From Macrostomum lignano (taxonomy: Eukaryota), in contig NIVC01002558.1 of NCBI GenBank assembly GCA_002269645.1, forward strand, positions 62,001-126,000: a stretch of 64,000 nt of DNA, written 5' to 3'. The first letter of the stretch is position 1; each line of letters opens with the position of its first letter. Made by a program: the position numbers and the translations under genes. A model generated the notes under the pieces. That model was given only the letters and a program-made list of their open reading frames with translations, was not told the origin of the DNA and did no database searches. Below, in pieces: positions 60,367-64,000 of this stretch.

Positions 60367-63300
60367 GGGTCTCCCTAAAACACGCCCCGCACCGCCCTGC
60401 AGCGCTACACATTAAAACAAATTGGACTATAACTGAAGACACTTTAAGATGCGTTTTCTGTTAAGCTTCAAGTTTTTATTAAATTTAGTTTTTTTACTTT
60501 GAAATATAAAATTCAGTGAATAATTAGTGATATTAATAATAATATTAATAAAATAATAATAATATAATTTAGTAATGAAAACGAGAATATAAAAAATAAT
60601 AATAATATTTAAAATAATAATTAAAGATATTTATTACATTACTCTTACAACAAATTGTTTTCTTTGCAATCAAATTGTGCATTGACAAAAAATGTTATAA
60701 TGTGTAGCGGTTCGGGGCGGTGCGGTGCGTGTGGGTGTGTATAAAAGCTGGCACTGGCACATTGGACACATTGGACACCCCTTTTTATAACAAAATTAGA
60801 TATGAAAATGCAGAATAAACTTGCGGAGATACTTTTAAATAATTTAAAAAATTGATAATAATAGAAATGACATCCTTGCTTTCGTGATAGATGATTTGTT
60901 AAATATTCTTTGTATTATCGTTTTTTGTACATGTTTAATTTGGCATTCGATTTTTTAAAATAATCGCACATGCAAAAACTGCAGCTTGCAATGCTATTAC
61001 ACTGTGATTTTACTACCCCGAAGGTTCTGTACTACAGGCGTACCGATTTAATGCTAAATATGCCTGATATATGAAATGATCAAACTAATAGTCAGAACTC
61101 AATTTTCCATAAAATGATGAAGCATTCTGCTCTTATCAAAAAACCACAACTTATTTTGTTAGGATTACTTCATGAAGAACGAACTTTGGATATTCCAAAT
61201 TGCAAGTATTTCTATATTAAAAAATTTAATACATTGGCAGATTATTTGATGAAAAAATTGCACCCAAAAAGTTTTTTTTACTTTGTAAGATGATGATTAA
61301 ATTAATAATTTCCAAGCTTCTTCTTTTATTAGTTCAATTACTTTTTGTATGATTTCAACCAACAAAAAAAGGAATAGCTACTCAGTGAAAGTTCAAATTA
61401 CAGTCTCTTCTTTATATACAATCCTTTTAAGAAAACATTATTATGAATAATTTGCCAAGTCATGATATTTAAGAAATTGTGCTAATCATTTAAATTATGA
61501 GTTAAAAAATGCAAGCATATAAGTAAAAAATCTACCTCACAGACCAAGAAGTCTTTTTACTGAAAGTTTATATGTGACGCTTTGAAAAAACAACATATAA
61601 ACCATCTTCACATAACATTTATTGTCATTTATTTCAGACCTAAATCCTTTAGCACATAAATATTCTGCACGTATGTTGCAGGGTATACTTCCTTCTTCTA
61701 AAATCCTACAAATGCCACAAAGTTTTAATAGGCAAATTTATTCGTATTGTTTATATTAATATTTCTATATTTATGAGAAGTTTTCCAATAAGAACAAGTT
61801 CCCAATCAGTAAAACACTATATTTTAATTCTAATGTCCAAAATTATGGCATTCTAAGGGACCAAGTGATAGGTTTTAAGCTACTATTAGCACCTGCATGA
61901 TTTATTTATTTAATACCTACACATTCCTTAATGTCTATAGTTCGCCTAATTGCCTAATTGCTAACCCTAATTCTAGCCTTCTTGGCTTACAAGTTTGAGT
62001 CTTCACAGCATATTATTCAATTCAAGCCCTACTAATTTTATTAGCCTCTCTTAATTTTATAAAATAATAATTTTCTTTAGTGTAACTGCTCCAAAAATTT
62101 CAACTTTAATTTAAGTGGTGTGCCGAAACACCACTTGCACCATTACAGCCGTCTATAATTTTTTGTGCTAATTGGTTGACCACTTTCAATAATTTTCTTG
62201 GGTCAAGAGAGTGATATATGCATATTGCAGCATGCATTTTTTAAAGAATCCCTAATTTTATACAAGGAATCATATATATTTATAGAAAGTTAGCTCTTAG
62301 AGTAGAGATAAAGTACATAAGACTATTAATAGCAACTTTTCATACAATTGCTTATGGTAATGATTTCTATTGTTATAAAGTTACAAATAAATAAAAAGTT
62401 ACATTGCATTTAAACTGTACTTTATGAGTTGTAAGCCTTTCAACTCAGAGTGCACTTCAATTGCTTTAATATACATTGCTAGATGTTATTTAGCATTTCT
62501 TTGTTATTTATCATTTAACTCATTGCATTGTTTAATTGCTAATTTCATTTGCTCAGCTGCAATATTTATTACTTTTTTATTAATGCCAATGTTTGTAATA
62601 CTTTTTCTCCCTATTTTTAGTGTTTGTGGTATTCTTTTGTCAAATTTTAATTTTCCGCTGTATCTATCTTTACAAAAAATTGTACCTGTAAACTTATGGT
62701 TATTTGCTTACAATGGTACTGTACTAAATTATATTTATTTCCTTGTTAGATTCTCTAAATTGAAAAAGTAATACACTGCTTTATTATCATGCATATTGAA
62801 TATTAAGGATAGTTAGTATTCCTTCCTTGAAAAAGATTCTAGAGTTGGATTCTATTTGATAAGAGAATAAATAATTTATTGAGTTTAAATGTTTTTAAAA
62901 CATTAATTAATTGCATTTTGATGGAAATCACAACTTAAAAAATTATTCGTTTTTTTATTTAAGACACGGGGGATTTTAAAAATCCATATTAACAGCAAAT
63001 CAAACATTAACATTATGGGAGAGAGAGAGAGAGAAGGATTAGATTCACTTTCACCATTGCTGTTGATTTATGGAAAGGCAGTAAACAAGCCAGAGCAGCT
63101 GCAAATAGTCAAATATGCCATGTCCGGCAATAAAATTCTGCAACTAGTCTGCTGCTCACTTTTTCCAACGTTTATTGAGGACAAGAAACGGCATTTAATG
63201 TTTCTATGTTTTCTGTAAGTGCACCAACTAGGTAAATGAAAATGACGTACCGAAAGTAGTTCGACAATAAAGCAAGATAAGAAATGAATTTAAATGTAGA

Positions 63301-63515
63301 ATAAAACTTGTTGATACTACCAATCTCATGGTTGTTAGAAGTATATGAAAAAGTGCAATTATAAATAAATATTTACATTTTTATTCGAAAGCCAAAGTAT
63401 ATTTATTCAAGCAAAACAACGATCAAAACTCGATTTTTGTTAACATAAGGGGTGTCCAATGTGCCAATGGTGCCCTGCTTTTATACAGACCCCGGTGCGT
63501 GTTTTAGGGAGACCC
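60367..63515. mobile_element. 3.15-kb AT-rich TIR element (MULE/foldback-like), non-coding or decayed
   Basis: 19-bp perfect TIR GGGTCTCCCTAAAACACGC; a further ~65-bp imperfect IR (60731-60800 versus 63432-63493); CGCGATAAA flanks both ends as a direct repeat. Confidence 0.75.
60381..60731. mobile_element. ~350-bp nested foldback/MITE within the left TIR
   Basis: CACGCCCCGCACCGCCCTGCAGCGCTACACATTA (60381-60414) is an inverted repeat of 60698-60731 with about 4 mismatches. Confidence 0.65.
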
Positions 63516-64000
63516 CGCGATAAATAAATTTTACAAGAAGCACTGTAGAGAAACAAAAGTCCACGTACTAATGACTAGAAACAAAAAAAGTTTTTTTTCA
63601 AGTTGAAGACAAGTAAGTTAAGTATTTCTTGTTTAAGAAAGAGTATGGCTGTATTTTTTTATAAAACACTGTGTTGAGTCCAATAGATTCAATTTGCTCC
63701 CAAGCCTTCGATACGGCGCCGCGGGCTGCATCAGAAGGCATGAATGGAACTATTTTTATTGACTTTTTTCTAGACATTCTAGGCATTATTAGTGGCAGTC
63801 GCAATGTGGGCAAATTCTTTATCTTTTAATTTTTATCTTATCACTTCTTGGACCAGATTTCTCTAGCCTCAAAGCTTTCAATAGCGCGATTTTTTAGGCT
63901 CAGTCAAGACTTCTTATGGGCTTAAGTATTTGGCTTGTAGTTTCATCATTTTTTAAATATTAATATCATAGATTTATGAATCATAGCTTTTTTAATTGTC

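Noticed and set aside
63598-63813. 71-aa minus-strand ORF at the window end
   Set aside because: No recognisable domain, in AT-rich and probably TE-derived sequence.

Overview
Eukaryotic genomic DNA with no prokaryotic features. GC-rich, Ala/Gln-rich exons separated by introns swollen with minisatellites suggest a free-living flatworm such as Macrostomum; this is inference and cannot be verified here. I reconstructed six spliced genes by hand with GT-AG boundaries and consistent reading phase: (1) the 3' part of an anosmin-1/KAL-1-like FN3 protein (+, <1-3365); (2) UCKL1, uridine kinase plus UPRT domain (+, 8993-18337); (3) an unnamed protein with WW, 4x CUE-like and Gly-Pro repeat regions (+, 25344-27184); (4) an eh1-containing C2H2 zinc-finger factor, Fez/Gfi-like (-, 28159-30234); (5) a divergent SLC6 transporter carrying the monoamine-type TM1 Asp (+, 37765-49799); (6) sphingosine-1-phosphate phosphatase (-, 51851-57450). 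Mobile DNA comprises a decayed RTE-like LINE, a tRNA-derived SINE family, a 3.3-kb CACTA/EnSpm-like element (2-bp TSD, subterminal arrays, a spliced coiled-coil ORF), a 3.15-kb MULE/foldback-like element with a nested foldback, and a small MITE. About 25 tandem arrays occur, nearly one private family per intron, including a 5.5-kb (CAGT)n with higher-order structure. Most long ORFs in the supplied track are repeat artefacts. Repeat boundaries are approximate (+/-20 bp).
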